Assembly (NCBI GenBank): GCA_965206745.1
Contig: OZ242220.1
Location: forward strand, 1,728,001-1,792,000
Length of the DNA: 64,000 nt
Source of the DNA: Nitrosopumilus sp.
Lineage (GTDB): Archaea; Thermoproteota; Nitrososphaeria; Nitrososphaerales; Nitrosopumilaceae
Direction of reading: 5' to 3'
Under the pieces are notes generated by a model that saw only the letters and a list, made by a program, of their open reading frames with translations, had not been told where the DNA came from and did not search any database. Within the stretch, counting starts at the first letter, position 1. Each line of letters begins with the position of its first letter. A program made the translations under genes and the position numbers. Positions 1-9,725 of this stretch are shown piece by piece.

Positions 1-161
1 TTAAGTGGTGTCTTCATTCACCTGTACAATAGGTGAGGTTTTCAACTTTTCTTCATGTATGTTCCAGTCATCCCACATGTGGAGAGTACTGAAATCACTC
101 TGACTTTACAGACGAGTGAAACATCCACTGAACTTAACAGTGCAGTATTTTATACGATGTA

Positions 162-1526
162 TCAGTGAATTAATTCAGAATCAATTTTTACTAGTTTTTC
201 CAAGCTCTTTTTACTACCAATATCTGCTCTATATTCCAAGGAACCATTTTTAGATGATACAACATGTATGTCAATTGCATTGTTTATGATTAATGAAGCC
301 TTTTCTATACTATCAGAAATAACACTAAATGCACAAACTCGTGATTTTTTTAGGGTTTCATATTTGGATGGTCCTGTCTTGATACAAGATGCAAAAAATA
401 TTTTTATACCCATATCATTAATTGCCTCTTCATCAATGGTAAAGGATGTTACCTCATTACTAGTATCTGGATATTCCTTTGCCACCAAATACTTTACAAC
501 ACTTGCCTTTTTCACAAAAGAAACAACATCGTCAGATAGTGTCTTGTTCCAAAGATGAATTAATAGTTCTGAAAATGACCCTTCAAGAATGCTGAGTATG
601 TTCAACCCTTCAGGATCACCAAAGCGACTATTCCACTCCATGAATTTTATGCCGTATTTTGTTTTAAAGAATCCACCATTAATAACACCATTGAAAAAAA
701 GATTATTAGATTTCATCTCATCAATTATTTTCTGCATTATACACTGACAATCATCCAAGTCTTTATCAGTCATGAATGGAAGTTTCTTTTCAGAATTTGT
801 AAAGCAACCCATACCACCAGTTCCTGCACCTAAATCATCTTCATCTCTAAAGGGATAATCGTAACTTGCAGGAGATACTACCAAGTTTTCACCATCAGTT
901 ATTCCCATGATTGTAAATTCTATACCTTGTAATTTTTCTACCAACAGAACCTTTTCATCAGGATTTTTCTTTAGTAGATGAGATGCATAATTAAAACAAT
1001 CCTGATACGTCAATAGATGCTCAGGCATCACTTTGACACCTTTGCCTCCTGTGAGTCCCTGTGGCTTTACCACAATATCCAGTCCTTTTGATTCAAATGG
1101 AATCATTGCATTTTGCAACTCTTCAATGGTACTGATAACTTTGTAAAATGGTGTAAACTCTGGACAAACTTTTTGCATCATTTGGATGGAATATACCTTA
1201 TCCCATTCTATTCGTGTTGCCTCTTTTGTTCCTCCAATTGCTTTAAAGTTATTCTCAAGTAAAACATCTACAACACCATTAGCCAAAGGTTGGTCTGCAT
1301 TGACAAATGTATAATCTATGTTATTTTCTTTTGCAAATTGCAATACCACTTGAGGATCATCAGAATCTCCAACCAAATATTTTCCGCCAGATGATACAAC
1401 ACAGTCTACAATGAGTGGGTTTTTGTGTGAAATAATTGCATAAACTATACAATCTTTTGCCAGTCTAAAAGCAAAAGCACTTTCACGTCCTCCTCCCCCT
1501 ACAATGAGAAATTTCTTTTTCTCCAA
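162..1526 (-). CDS. purD: Phosphoribosylamine--glycine ligase (GAR synthetase)
   Basis: N-terminal GGGGRE, VVKPQGLTGGKGV, ATP-grasp TGGMG and E(W)NSRFGDPE motifs, C-terminal YRADIG. Confidence 0.92.
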   Translation of the reverse strand: MEKKKFLIVGGGGRESAFAFRLAKDCIVYAIISHKNPLIVDCVVSSGGKYLVGDSDDPQVVLQFAKENNIDYTFVNADQPLANGVVDVLLENNFKAIGGTKEATRIEWDKVYSIQMMQKVCPEFTPFYKVISTIEELQNAMIPFESKGLDIVVKPQGLTGGKGVKVMPEHLLTYQDCFNYASHLLKKNPDEKVLLVEKLQGIEFTIMGITDGENLVVSPASYDYPFRDEDDLGAGTGGMGCFTNSEKKLPFMTDKDLDDCQCIMQKIIDEMKSNNLFFNGVINGGFFKTKYGIKFMEWNSRFGDPEGLNILSILEGSFSELLIHLWNKTLSDDVVSFVKKASVVKYLVAKEYPDTSNEVTSFTIDEEAINDMGIKIFFASCIKTGPSKYETLKKSRVCAFSVISDSIEKASLIINNAIDIHVVSSKNGSLEYRADIGSKKSLEKLVKIDSELIH

Positions 1527-1653
1527 TGAAATGTTTTGAGTATTGTGGGAAATAAACCTTCATGGAATATTTTTTTAATGCAACTCTAATGTTGACATTA
1601 GATATAATAAAAAATCATTAGAATTTTCTGATAAACTTCTTAAAGCGATTATT

Positions 1654-1700
1654 GGCTCTGGTCACAAATGGTGATCTGATCACCATATTTGACCAAAGCC
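1654..1700. repeat. ~46-bp imperfect palindromic dispersed repeat, copy 1
   Basis: ggctctggtcacaaatggtgatc-t-gatcaccatatttgaccaaagcc; five further full copies in the window. Confidence 0.85.
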
Positions 1701-1719
1701 GGAACGCCTAATCAACAAA

Positions 1720-2007
1720 TCAAAGATCTAAACCACTCACAGAATAAATAACATAACTAGAAACAACATAGGCGGAAAAACATCAAAGTTATCGCAATTA
1801 GGATTATTCTAATTTTAGAAAGTTTTGTTAGTGTCAAAAAGACAGCAGACGCACCAAAAACATTAATTGGTACAAGTATAGACAAGAAGAAAACAATACT
1901 TCCTGCCCAAATATTAAGTGGTAATATTGACTCTACTAAAATATAAAAAATCCACGGTGATCCTAAAACACCAATCCAATTAATATCAGATGTATCTTAT
2001 GCAACAT
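1720..2007 (-). pseudogene. Frameshifted paralog of the membrane protein at 4528-4845
   Basis: Reads MLHKIHLILIGLVF* then, in the shifted frame, LGSPWI...PINVFGASAVFLTLTKLSKIRII, matching MLDKIYRILIGLVILGSSWI...PINVFGASIVFLTLTKFSKIRII; 3' end approximate. Confidence 0.75.
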
Positions 2008-2042
2008 TTTGTAATTTGTTTGTGTATAAATAAAGAGAGAAG

Positions 2043-2657
2043 TTACTTGGCCTCATCAAATACTGTATCTAATGATTTGCCAAACGGATGTTTTTCATTG
2101 TATGCCTTTTCTTCAATAACTTTGTACTTTCCAAACTTGCCTATTGCTGCAAAGTAGCTATCTTCATCTACTCCATTTGGACCTAGATCACTCTTACCAA
2201 TGTGCACGATAATTTTTTCACCAATTTCGAACTGAGGTTCAAAATTCAAAATATAGTGTTGACCATATAGATAATGTCCATGCAAATTAAATGTAAATTC
2301 ATCACCCTTGTCTAATTTCAGATGTGATTCTTCATTTTTGCTTTTTTTATCTACCTGAATTGTTACTGGTACATGACCCATGGCATGACCGGTTTCATGA
2401 TCCGTCCAATCCACGGGATCTCCAACAGACAACACGGTTCCAGACAGTGTTAGTACCACGCTATCCTTTGCATACTCTATATCTTCTACCATATAGGCTG
2501 AACCTTTAGCTATTGTAAGATTTGGATTTGCCTTTGTGATGTCTGATTGGGTGTAAACATATGCAGATTCTGGTGTTGCGGGTATTGCCAAAATAATCAC
2601 AGATATTGCTGCAATCAAAACACAGGTGACTAGTATTTTTTGTCTGCTCATTTCCAA
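2043..2657 (-). CDS. Hypothetical exported protein
   Basis: 204-aa ORF with N-terminal hydrophobic signal/anchor. Confidence 0.7.
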   Translation of the reverse strand: MEMSRQKILVTCVLIAAISVIILAIPATPESAYVYTQSDITKANPNLTIAKGSAYMVEDIEYAKDSVVLTLSGTVLSVGDPVDWTDHETGHAMGHVPVTIQVDKKSKNEESHLKLDKGDEFTFNLHGHYLYGQHYILNFEPQFEIGEKIIVHIGKSDLGPNGVDEDSYFAAIGKFGKYKVIEEKAYNEKHPFGKSLDTVFDEAK

Positions 2658-2825
2658 TATCCCCTAATGATACCAATCATTTATGTCCTCAGCTTGTCCA
2701 GGAATCATTGTATACAGATGGGAGTTACATTGTAAAACAATGTACAGTTGATTAAAACCATGGTGTACAAATTACAGCTACAAATTGTACATAACGCTTT
2801 TAGTCTTCTGCCATAGATATTACTG

Positions 2826-3485
2826 TTGACTAATATTTCACGGTATGTGGCTCCAATATTATTCGGACTTGTAGGCCACTTGATTGTCTCAAATTCCCTT
2901 GTTTGTGATGACAAAAAGGCAGTTAGAAAAAGTTTCAGGTTGGCAATTGTTTCATCTGGTTTGTGGACCATGCTACTTGTAACATATTTAGTTCTCGCTT
3001 CAGGTGCTGATAGGATATATGATGATGATGGCTCGACTCATTTTATTCAAGTGTATGCTATGCCCTCCTACATAGAGGCAATAAACCGAGATACGCCTTA
3101 TGTCCCACCAAAACTTACAGAGCAGGATTTGATACCTGCAAAAATAAAGCAAGGGATGGGTTATATTTTGAATGCATCAAATGCACAAATAAACGATCAG
3201 ATGATTTTTGGTGCAGGCAACAGTTCAACTGGACTGGATGGTGTTCAAACCGCTCTATCTGGTTATATGACTAACATTTACATTCTGCATGAAGAATTTG
3301 ATCAGTATAGATCATGGGCAGATAAAAATTTGGTTTCAAAGGGAATTGACTATGATTCTAACCTTTATTATTTTGAGTATGATGGGGAGGTTTTTGAAAT
3401 GTTATTTATGAATAAAAAAGACATGAATATACAAAATAGTAATTATTCAGACACCCAATATCCTAATGCTATGTTGGTGCCATGA
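2826..3485 (+). CDS. Membrane-anchored hypothetical protein, paralog family A (with 19887 and 21821)
   Basis: Shared motifs NRxTPYxPPxxTEQxL, KIKQG, QYxSWADxNL and YYFEYDGE. Confidence 0.8.
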   Translation: MTNISRYVAPILFGLVGHLIVSNSLVCDDKKAVRKSFRLAIVSSGLWTMLLVTYLVLASGADRIYDDDGSTHFIQVYAMPSYIEAINRDTPYVPPKLTEQDLIPAKIKQGMGYILNASNAQINDQMIFGAGNSSTGLDGVQTALSGYMTNIYILHEEFDQYRSWADKNLVSKGIDYDSNLYYFEYDGEVFEMLFMNKKDMNIQNSNYSDTQYPNAMLVP

Positions 3486-4093
3486 TCATGTCTGACATAG
3501 TAGAACCAAGAAAGACACTAAGTTCTGTGTGGTATATGATGCCGCTTTTCTTTGGAGTCATCGGGGGTCTGATTGTATGGATGACCAAAAAGGATGACGA
3601 TCATGCAAAGGCCAAGAGAATGCTGGTGCTGGGAATAGTGATATCAATATTGTATGTGGCAATCATTGTATATTCACAAATAACATTTTATGACACTCAG
3701 ATGAGTACGCCACAATTCTTACAAGATGCAAACTATACAAAATATTGTGACACACATTTTTCACAACCTCCTACCAACTGCGTGGTAAAAGATCAACATG
3801 GTGTACCAATAACCGAGGATTCAGTAAATCGCATATCAGAGATTAAGGATTATTCTTGTTGGTATAGGTCTGATGATAACAATGAATATCTACCTTGTAA
3901 TATAGAGAGCTTGTCTTATCCAGCAGCTGTGATTATTCAGATACTTCTGGTCGTACCCACTCTCCTGTCTTATATCTCGTTCCAGGGCTTTCCTTATCTC
4001 TTGTTATTCATTACTGGAATTGCCAGATCTGAGATCATCCCATTGGATATAACATATCAATTTATCACGTGGGTTAATTCGATCATGCCTTAG
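3482..4093 (+). CDS. Hypothetical membrane protein
   Basis: WYMMPLFFGVIGGLIVW hairpin plus further TM segments; ATGA overlap with the upstream gene. Confidence 0.7.
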   Translation: MIMSDIVEPRKTLSSVWYMMPLFFGVIGGLIVWMTKKDDDHAKAKRMLVLGIVISILYVAIIVYSQITFYDTQMSTPQFLQDANYTKYCDTHFSQPPTNCVVKDQHGVPITEDSVNRISEIKDYSCWYRSDDNNEYLPCNIESLSYPAAVIIQILLVVPTLLSYISFQGFPYLLLFITGIARSEIIPLDITYQFITWVNSIMP

Positions 4094-4216
4094 ATGGCCA
4101 AAAGTTCGGATTACAGTTTCCAAACTGTCCAAAAAATCATCCTTTTCTAGAATTTGGATCTATGTGGAGAGTGATCATGTTAATGAATCACAACAAAGCA
4201 ATAGTCCTGATAAATT

Positions 4217-4262
4217 ATTCCAGTCAAATACGGTGATCAGATCACCGTTTGTACCCAGAGCT
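4217..4262. repeat. ~46-bp palindromic repeat, copy 2
   Basis: ttccagtcaaatacggtgatcagatcaccgtttgtacccagagct. Confidence 0.75.
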
Positions 4263-4364
4263 CGTTTTTAATCATTGGGACTTTTCCAATATCTTAGATT
4301 ATTCCATTTTGATACAAAGAATCTATTTGGGATTATCTGCACCTGTCCAAAATATCACATAGTT

Positions 4365-4445
4365 TGCTTTGTTGCATGACTGCCTGTATCATCTTTCAGA
4401 TCTCCAGTTTGACAAAGTTAAATCAAAAAAGCTAAAGATCAATCA
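4365..4445 (+). mobile_element. Orphan end of the IS5-family element (TIR plus ~60 bp subterminal sequence)
   Basis: tgctttgttgcatgactgcctgtatcatctttcagatctccag...aaaaaagctaaagatc closely matches the reverse complement of 30525-30605. Confidence 0.85.
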
Positions 4446-4527
4446 TGGTTCACCTCGTATTTCGCACTTAGATCCCAAAGACTTGAGAATGCCCATTATT
4501 CAAGTAATTTGTTTGGAATGAAAAATA

Positions 4528-4845
4528 TCAAAAGTATGCATTACTTGTAGAAATAAGAACGTAAATAAAAATAGTATAGGCTGAAAAAATAATTGCCGCA
4601 ATTATGATTATTCTAATTTTAGAGAATTTTGTCAGTGTCAAAAAGACAATAGATGCACCAAAAACATTGATTGGTATAAACAGGAGCCAGAAAGCAATCT
4701 CTACTGTATAGCCTATTGCATCATAACTTGGTGTATGTGTTGCACGATCCGTAATAGATGACCATATTGACCATGAGTATAAAATAATCCATGACGAGCC
4801 TAAAATCACCAATCCAATTAATATCCGATATATTTTATCCAGCAT
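4528..4845 (-). CDS. Small 3-TM membrane protein
   Basis: Start placed at ATG 4845 (MLDKIY) by homology with the 2007 pseudogene; three hydrophobic segments. Confidence 0.65.
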   Translation of the reverse strand: MLDKIYRILIGLVILGSSWIILYSWSIWSSITDRATHTPSYDAIGYTVEIAFWLLFIPINVFGASIVFLTLTKFSKIRIIIIAAIIFSAYTIFIYVLISTSNAYF

Positions 4846-5104
4846 TTTATGATTTGTTTGTATTGGAAACAAAAAAAGGTTATCAACAGCGTTATCTCTG
4901 TTGCATAATCTGGATATGGCATCTATACGATTCCACACGTTATAATTTGAGATGGCTCTACAATTACAGAACTGAATGAGGGATTTGAATTCGAAGAAGA
5001 TCCGTATTTTAGGTCTCCCAAGATTACACAGAACCATCAGAAAGAATATTAAAAAAGAGACAAGTACAACAGATGATAGATGGTATGGTTTGGTTCAAAT
5101 GTCA

Positions 5105-5296
5105 ATGAGCAATAATGAGGATAATTTTGATTTGGATAAAGAAAGTGTTAAAAAAATAATATTAAAAGAAGTCAGGATAGGTCAGGTATTCTATCCAAGT
5201 GACATAGCTAATGAATATAATTTAGATCTGGAAACAGTGATGGATGTAATCTCTGAATTAAAAGAATCTAAACAAATTACTGAAAATTCAAAATAA
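5105..5296 (+). CDS. Small winged-helix-like protein
   Basis: FYPSDIANEYNLDLETVMDVISEL HTH-like pattern; start uncertain (ORF track begins at 4976). Confidence 0.5.
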   Translation: MSNNEDNFDLDKESVKKIILKEVRIGQVFYPSDIANEYNLDLETVMDVISELKESKQITENSK

Positions 5297-5491
5297 CATG
5301 ACAGTTCATCATAACAAAAATGATCATGGTGAAAATATTGCATGTCAGTTCAGAAAAAAGAATAAGGAGCAACTAATACGTATGATAGGAGATCATATAA
5401 GAACAAGGATGATCTAGGGTCAGTGTATTCTTCGTATTGAATCTCTTGCCACCTTGATCCTCATGGTAAAACAATAGAATTAATTTGCACC

Positions 5492-5686
5492 TTAATTGCT
5501 ACAGACTTGTTGGAATTTGATGTTTCTTTCCACTAGGGCATCATGTGCATCCTTGGCAATTTCAATCGTGTCAATGCCCACGCCTTTGAATGCAAAGCTT
5601 GCATGCAATAGGAATCCTATTGCCTTTGTCTTTTCTTCCTTGCTGGTAAAAGTAATCGTATGTGTCCTGCCGGTTCTCACACTCAT
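5492..5686 (-). CDS. Small hypothetical protein
   Basis: 64-aa ATG ORF with AT-rich promoter-like sequence upstream. Confidence 0.5.
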   Translation of the reverse strand: MSVRTGRTHTITFTSKEEKTKAIGFLLHASFAFKGVGIDTIEIAKDAHDALVERNIKFQQVCSN

Positions 5687-5833
5687 GAATATAACGAGTA
5701 TAATTGTTATAAAAAGAATAGCCTACTTTTCCACGCATTAGATGCAGCAAACCTGATCAAAGCGTACCCAGACCTGCCGACTCTCAAAGACCCGGATATT
5801 CAAAAACACCAGAGCAAAAATACAAGACGAATC

Positions 5834-7360
5834 TCAGAGGACAGAGTCCTTGGTCTTAAAGACGCGCTTAAAGTAGTCAGATGCCTCCTTTGGCTCCTCA
5901 ATGTCGTTTGTGATGCCTGCAAGGTTCTTTGCCAGATTCTTTTTGTAGCCTACCTGCATCTGCCTCTGAATCTGGATTCTCTGCGCCTGCGGCGAGCCGG
6001 CACCGTGCATCGACTCTGTAAGGTATCCCACTGCGTTTCGTCCCAGGGTCATATTCTCAATGAGCCTCAGAATCCTCATCCTATTCTCCACATCAACACC
6101 CTTTCTTCCCACAAGGTACTTTCGAAGCATCGGCCCCGCCTCAGGATGCCTAAAGTCCTTCTCAGAGGGCAGCGTCACTACCAGTCCGCCTGCGATGTCC
6201 TGTGCCAGCCTGCTGATCTCGTATGGGAACCGGGTTACGTTGTGCTTGCAGACCTGTGCAAGCATGTCATCGTTCAGATAGACGCCGGACTTCATCTGTT
6301 GTCCCTGGTATGATGATGCAATTCCTGCAGCAAAGATAGTCTCATTGAGGTGCGTCATCTCTGTAATCTTGTCCTTGATGTGCGATACTGTAGGGACGCC
6401 GTTGTAATCTGCAATCGTGGCTGCAGCACCAATGAGCACGTCACCGAGGCCAGTCTTGCAGACATAGCTGCGCCGGTGATAGCATGTAAACCTCTCGACA
6501 AGCATGGATGCAAACTCGTACTCCCCATGCATGAATATCTTGTCCCACGGAATAAACACCCTCTCAAGAATCATCAGGGCCTCCTGGCCGCCAAACTTTG
6601 CATTACCGTCATCAATGTCGCCCTCCTCCATGCTGCGCGTGTCGCAGGACTGCCTGCCGTAAATGTAGGTGATGCCCTTGGCATCTGCAGGTACTGCGCC
6701 GACTATTGCCCAGTCCTTGTCATCTAAAGTCAGCCTGATTGTCGGCATGAGAATTATCCAGTGGGAGTTGATGCATCCGGTCTGGTGGGCCTTTGCACCT
6801 GAGACATAGACGCCCTTTTCGTCCCTGTCCACAATCCTTGTAAACAGATCAGGATCATCCTGCTGTGCCGGACCCTTGCTTCTGTCCCCCTTTGGATCAG
6901 TCATCGCCCCGCCGATGACGAGGTTCTCCTGCTGGACCATCTTTACAAACTCTAGGAACCGCTTGTGATAGTCAGTGCCGTGCTTTTCGTCAATCTCAAA
7001 TGTGGTAGAGTGCAGAGAGTTTAACGCATCCATGCCGACGCACCTCTGGAAGCATGTTCCGGTGTTCTGTCCGAGCTTTCTCTGCATCTTGTTTTGTAAA
7101 ACCAAATCCTCTGCGCTCTCTGCAATGTGTAAAAATCTGTTAACCTTCAGTCCGGTAATCTTTGAATCAGCAGATGCCAGGGCCTCCTCGCGCACTGCAA
7201 GATCATAGGTCTCTGCAACTGCGTTAATTGAGGGCCTGATCATCGGATGATCCACTGGTTCTGAGACCAGCTGGCCAAATAGGTAGATTTTGAGATCCCG
7301 TCCCCTGAGGCTTTCAATGTAGTCATTTCCAGTCCTAATTGTCTTCAAGACATTAGCCAT
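5834..7360 (-). CDS. abfD: 4-hydroxybutyryl-CoA dehydratase (3HP/4HB carbon fixation cycle)
   Basis: CFQRCVGMD Fe-S motif, MTDPKGDRS, GAKAHQTG, CYHRRSYVCK, ESMHGAGSPQAQR. Confidence 0.95.
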   Translation of the reverse strand: MANVLKTIRTGNDYIESLRGRDLKIYLFGQLVSEPVDHPMIRPSINAVAETYDLAVREEALASADSKITGLKVNRFLHIAESAEDLVLQNKMQRKLGQNTGTCFQRCVGMDALNSLHSTTFEIDEKHGTDYHKRFLEFVKMVQQENLVIGGAMTDPKGDRSKGPAQQDDPDLFTRIVDRDEKGVYVSGAKAHQTGCINSHWIILMPTIRLTLDDKDWAIVGAVPADAKGITYIYGRQSCDTRSMEEGDIDDGNAKFGGQEALMILERVFIPWDKIFMHGEYEFASMLVERFTCYHRRSYVCKTGLGDVLIGAAATIADYNGVPTVSHIKDKITEMTHLNETIFAAGIASSYQGQQMKSGVYLNDDMLAQVCKHNVTRFPYEISRLAQDIAGGLVVTLPSEKDFRHPEAGPMLRKYLVGRKGVDVENRMRILRLIENMTLGRNAVGYLTESMHGAGSPQAQRIQIQRQMQVGYKKNLAKNLAGITNDIEEPKEASDYFKRVFKTKDSVL

Positions 7361-7433
7361 GTAACATCAGTTACCTCGGTGTCGTATAAATATTCTAAAC
7401 TGCCGTTTGGCAGCATCTAGGAGTGAGTCGCGA

Positions 7434-9527
7434 TCAGAGGCCTATGCGGACATCGAGAATTCTGCAGCCCCTGCCCTTCTCCATGACTAGCACGGGGTTC
7501 ATGTCAAGCTCCTTGATCTCTGCAAAGTCCGAGACCAGCTGGGAGAGTCTCTGGATGCACTCGGAGAGTTTTATAATATCAGATGGCCTCTCGCCCCTGA
7601 CGCCCTGGAGCAGCTTTTGGGTCCTAATTGATGCAATCATGTCGTCAGCCTCCATGTCAGTTACCGGTGCAAGCTTGAATGTGACATCCTTGAGGACCTC
7701 GACATAGATTCCCCCCATGCCAAGCATGATGACAGGTCCAAAGCCCGGCTCCAGCTTTGAGCCTATGATGAGTTCCTTGCCGCCCTTTACCATCTCAACT
7801 ATCAGGACGCCCTTGATCTCAGCCTTTTTGTCATATCTCTTGGCATTTTTAATTATAGTTTTGAATGCGGACCGGACCTCTGCATCGCTTGCCAGGTTTA
7901 CCTTTACGCCGCCTGCATCAGACTTGTGAATTATCTGCGGGGATGCAATCTTCATGACTATAGGATAGCCGATCTTTCTTGCAGTGTTTACGGCCTCTGC
8001 TTCTGTGGTTGCAAGCGCGCTCTTTGGCAGCGGCAGTCCGTAGGCCTTTAGAATTTGCTGTCCCTCCTCCTCTAGCAGGTTTGGCCTGCCCTCCTCCATG
8101 GCCTTCTCAAAGATCTTTTGCGCCCTTGCCTTGTTGACTTTGAACTTTGTAATCTTGCCGCTTGGAGACTTTGTCCAGTTTGAGAACCTGATCATTGCAG
8201 AGAGGGTCCTGATTGCGCCCTCTGCATAATTATAATACGGGACGTCCCCCTTTGCGAGAATCTCCCTGTTTGTGATCCCCTCATCCAGCCCCATCAGGCT
8301 TGCAAGCATTGTCTTTTTGTATCTCTTTGACATTGCAACTATGACCTCTGCGAGCTTGTCATAGTCAAGCGTACCTGACGGGGTACACATTGAGATGACC
8401 GAGCCCACCTTGGGATGCTGCAGCACGCGGTCAAGGACGTTGTGGAACCTGTTAAAGTCGGCATCACCTACAATGTCAACGGGGTTTCTAGAGCTTCCCC
8501 AGGGGGGAATTACAGCATCAATCTTTTTTCTCACACTAGTAATGTCTGCCATCCTCACCTTCAGCTTTGAGCACGCATCAGTTGAGATGATTGCAGGACC
8601 ACCTGCATTTGATACAATCACGAGATCGCCTGATGGAAGCGGCTGCTTTGAGAAGGCAGTCGCATAGTCAAAGAGTTCCTCCATGGTATCAACCCGTATG
8701 GCGCCGGACTGCCTTAGCAGCGCATCGTAAATCTCATCAGAGCCCATCAGGGCGCCGGTATGGGACATTGCAGCCTTTGCACCCTCCGGACTGCGTCCCG
8801 ACTTTAGCACAAGGACAGGTTTTTTGAGCTTTTTAGTTATACGCTTGCAGACCTTGAGAAACTCCTGGCCGTTACCCATGTCCTCAAGGTACATTACGAT
8901 TACCTCAGTCTGCTTGTGATCTGCGAGAATTTTGAGGATCTCAACCTCGCTCATCACTGCCTTGTTCCCGAGACTTACAACTGCAGAAAAGCCGATTCCC
9001 TGCGCGCTGGCATCCTCGACTAGGGCTGCACATATTGCGCCGCTCTGTGAGACAAGGGCGATCTTGCCTGATTTTGGGGTCACTTTGAGGAACGTCGAGT
9101 TCATCATCGTCTTTGGATCAAGGTTCATGACCCCGAGGCAGTTGGGTCCGATTATTTGGATGTTGTACTTTTTGGCTATACTTTTAATCTCCTCCTCGCG
9201 CCTTGCCCCCTCCTCGTCGACCTCCTTGAAGCCGGCAGTGATTATTATGACGCCCTTGATCTTTTTTCTTCCGCACTCCTCTAGTACCGGTGCGACCAGC
9301 GTGTTCTTAATCACAATGACTGCAAGATCGATGGGCTTTGGGACATCCAGGACGGTCTTGTATGCCTTCTTGTAAAAGACCTTCTCCCGGGACGGGCTGA
9401 TTGGATAGACTGTTCCCTGAAAGCCGTTAATGATATTTGAGGTGATGGTGGCACCGACGCTTCCCCTCTTGTCAGATGCGCCAATTACTGCAATGGATTT
9501 TGGTGATAGTATAACGGACTCTGCCAT
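7434..9527 (-). CDS. 4-hydroxybutyrate--CoA ligase (ADP-forming)
   Basis: CoA-binding AVIGAS, GPNCLG, SQSGA, phospho-His SHTG, ATP-grasp HKSDAGGV; adjacent to abfD as in Nitrosopumilus. Confidence 0.9.
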   Translation of the reverse strand: MAESVILSPKSIAVIGASDKRGSVGATITSNIINGFQGTVYPISPSREKVFYKKAYKTVLDVPKPIDLAVIVIKNTLVAPVLEECGRKKIKGVIIITAGFKEVDEEGARREEEIKSIAKKYNIQIIGPNCLGVMNLDPKTMMNSTFLKVTPKSGKIALVSQSGAICAALVEDASAQGIGFSAVVSLGNKAVMSEVEILKILADHKQTEVIVMYLEDMGNGQEFLKVCKRITKKLKKPVLVLKSGRSPEGAKAAMSHTGALMGSDEIYDALLRQSGAIRVDTMEELFDYATAFSKQPLPSGDLVIVSNAGGPAIISTDACSKLKVRMADITSVRKKIDAVIPPWGSSRNPVDIVGDADFNRFHNVLDRVLQHPKVGSVISMCTPSGTLDYDKLAEVIVAMSKRYKKTMLASLMGLDEGITNREILAKGDVPYYNYAEGAIRTLSAMIRFSNWTKSPSGKITKFKVNKARAQKIFEKAMEEGRPNLLEEEGQQILKAYGLPLPKSALATTEAEAVNTARKIGYPIVMKIASPQIIHKSDAGGVKVNLASDAEVRSAFKTIIKNAKRYDKKAEIKGVLIVEMVKGGKELIIGSKLEPGFGPVIMLGMGGIYVEVLKDVTFKLAPVTDMEADDMIASIRTQKLLQGVRGERPSDIIKLSECIQRLSQLVSDFAEIKELDMNPVLVMEKGRGCRILDVRIGL

Positions 9528-9574
9528 GTAAAGTTGAGTCCGGGATTTTGTATAATAAAGTTATTCACGGCAGT

Positions 9575-9671
9575 TTCGTATGAGGTCAGATACTTGAAAA
9601 AACTAGGCGTGAGAATGTTTCTGACAGTGTTGATTCGTGCCTGACTAAAAGGTATAGGAATCTCATACGAA
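9575..9671. mobile_element. ~97-bp MITE-like element, copy A
   Basis: Terminal inverted repeats ttcgtatgag...ctcatacgaa; core aaaaaactaggc...gacagtgttgattcgtgcctgactaaaa. Confidence 0.7.
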
Positions 9672-9725
9672 GTGTGATCTCAGTTTTGCACTATGGATTT
9701 TTGTATGCAAGTTATAATTTAATAT

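Noticed and set aside
5834-9527. 3HP/4HB enzymes as a novel pathway
   Set aside because: Well-characterised core genes of ammonia-oxidising archaea
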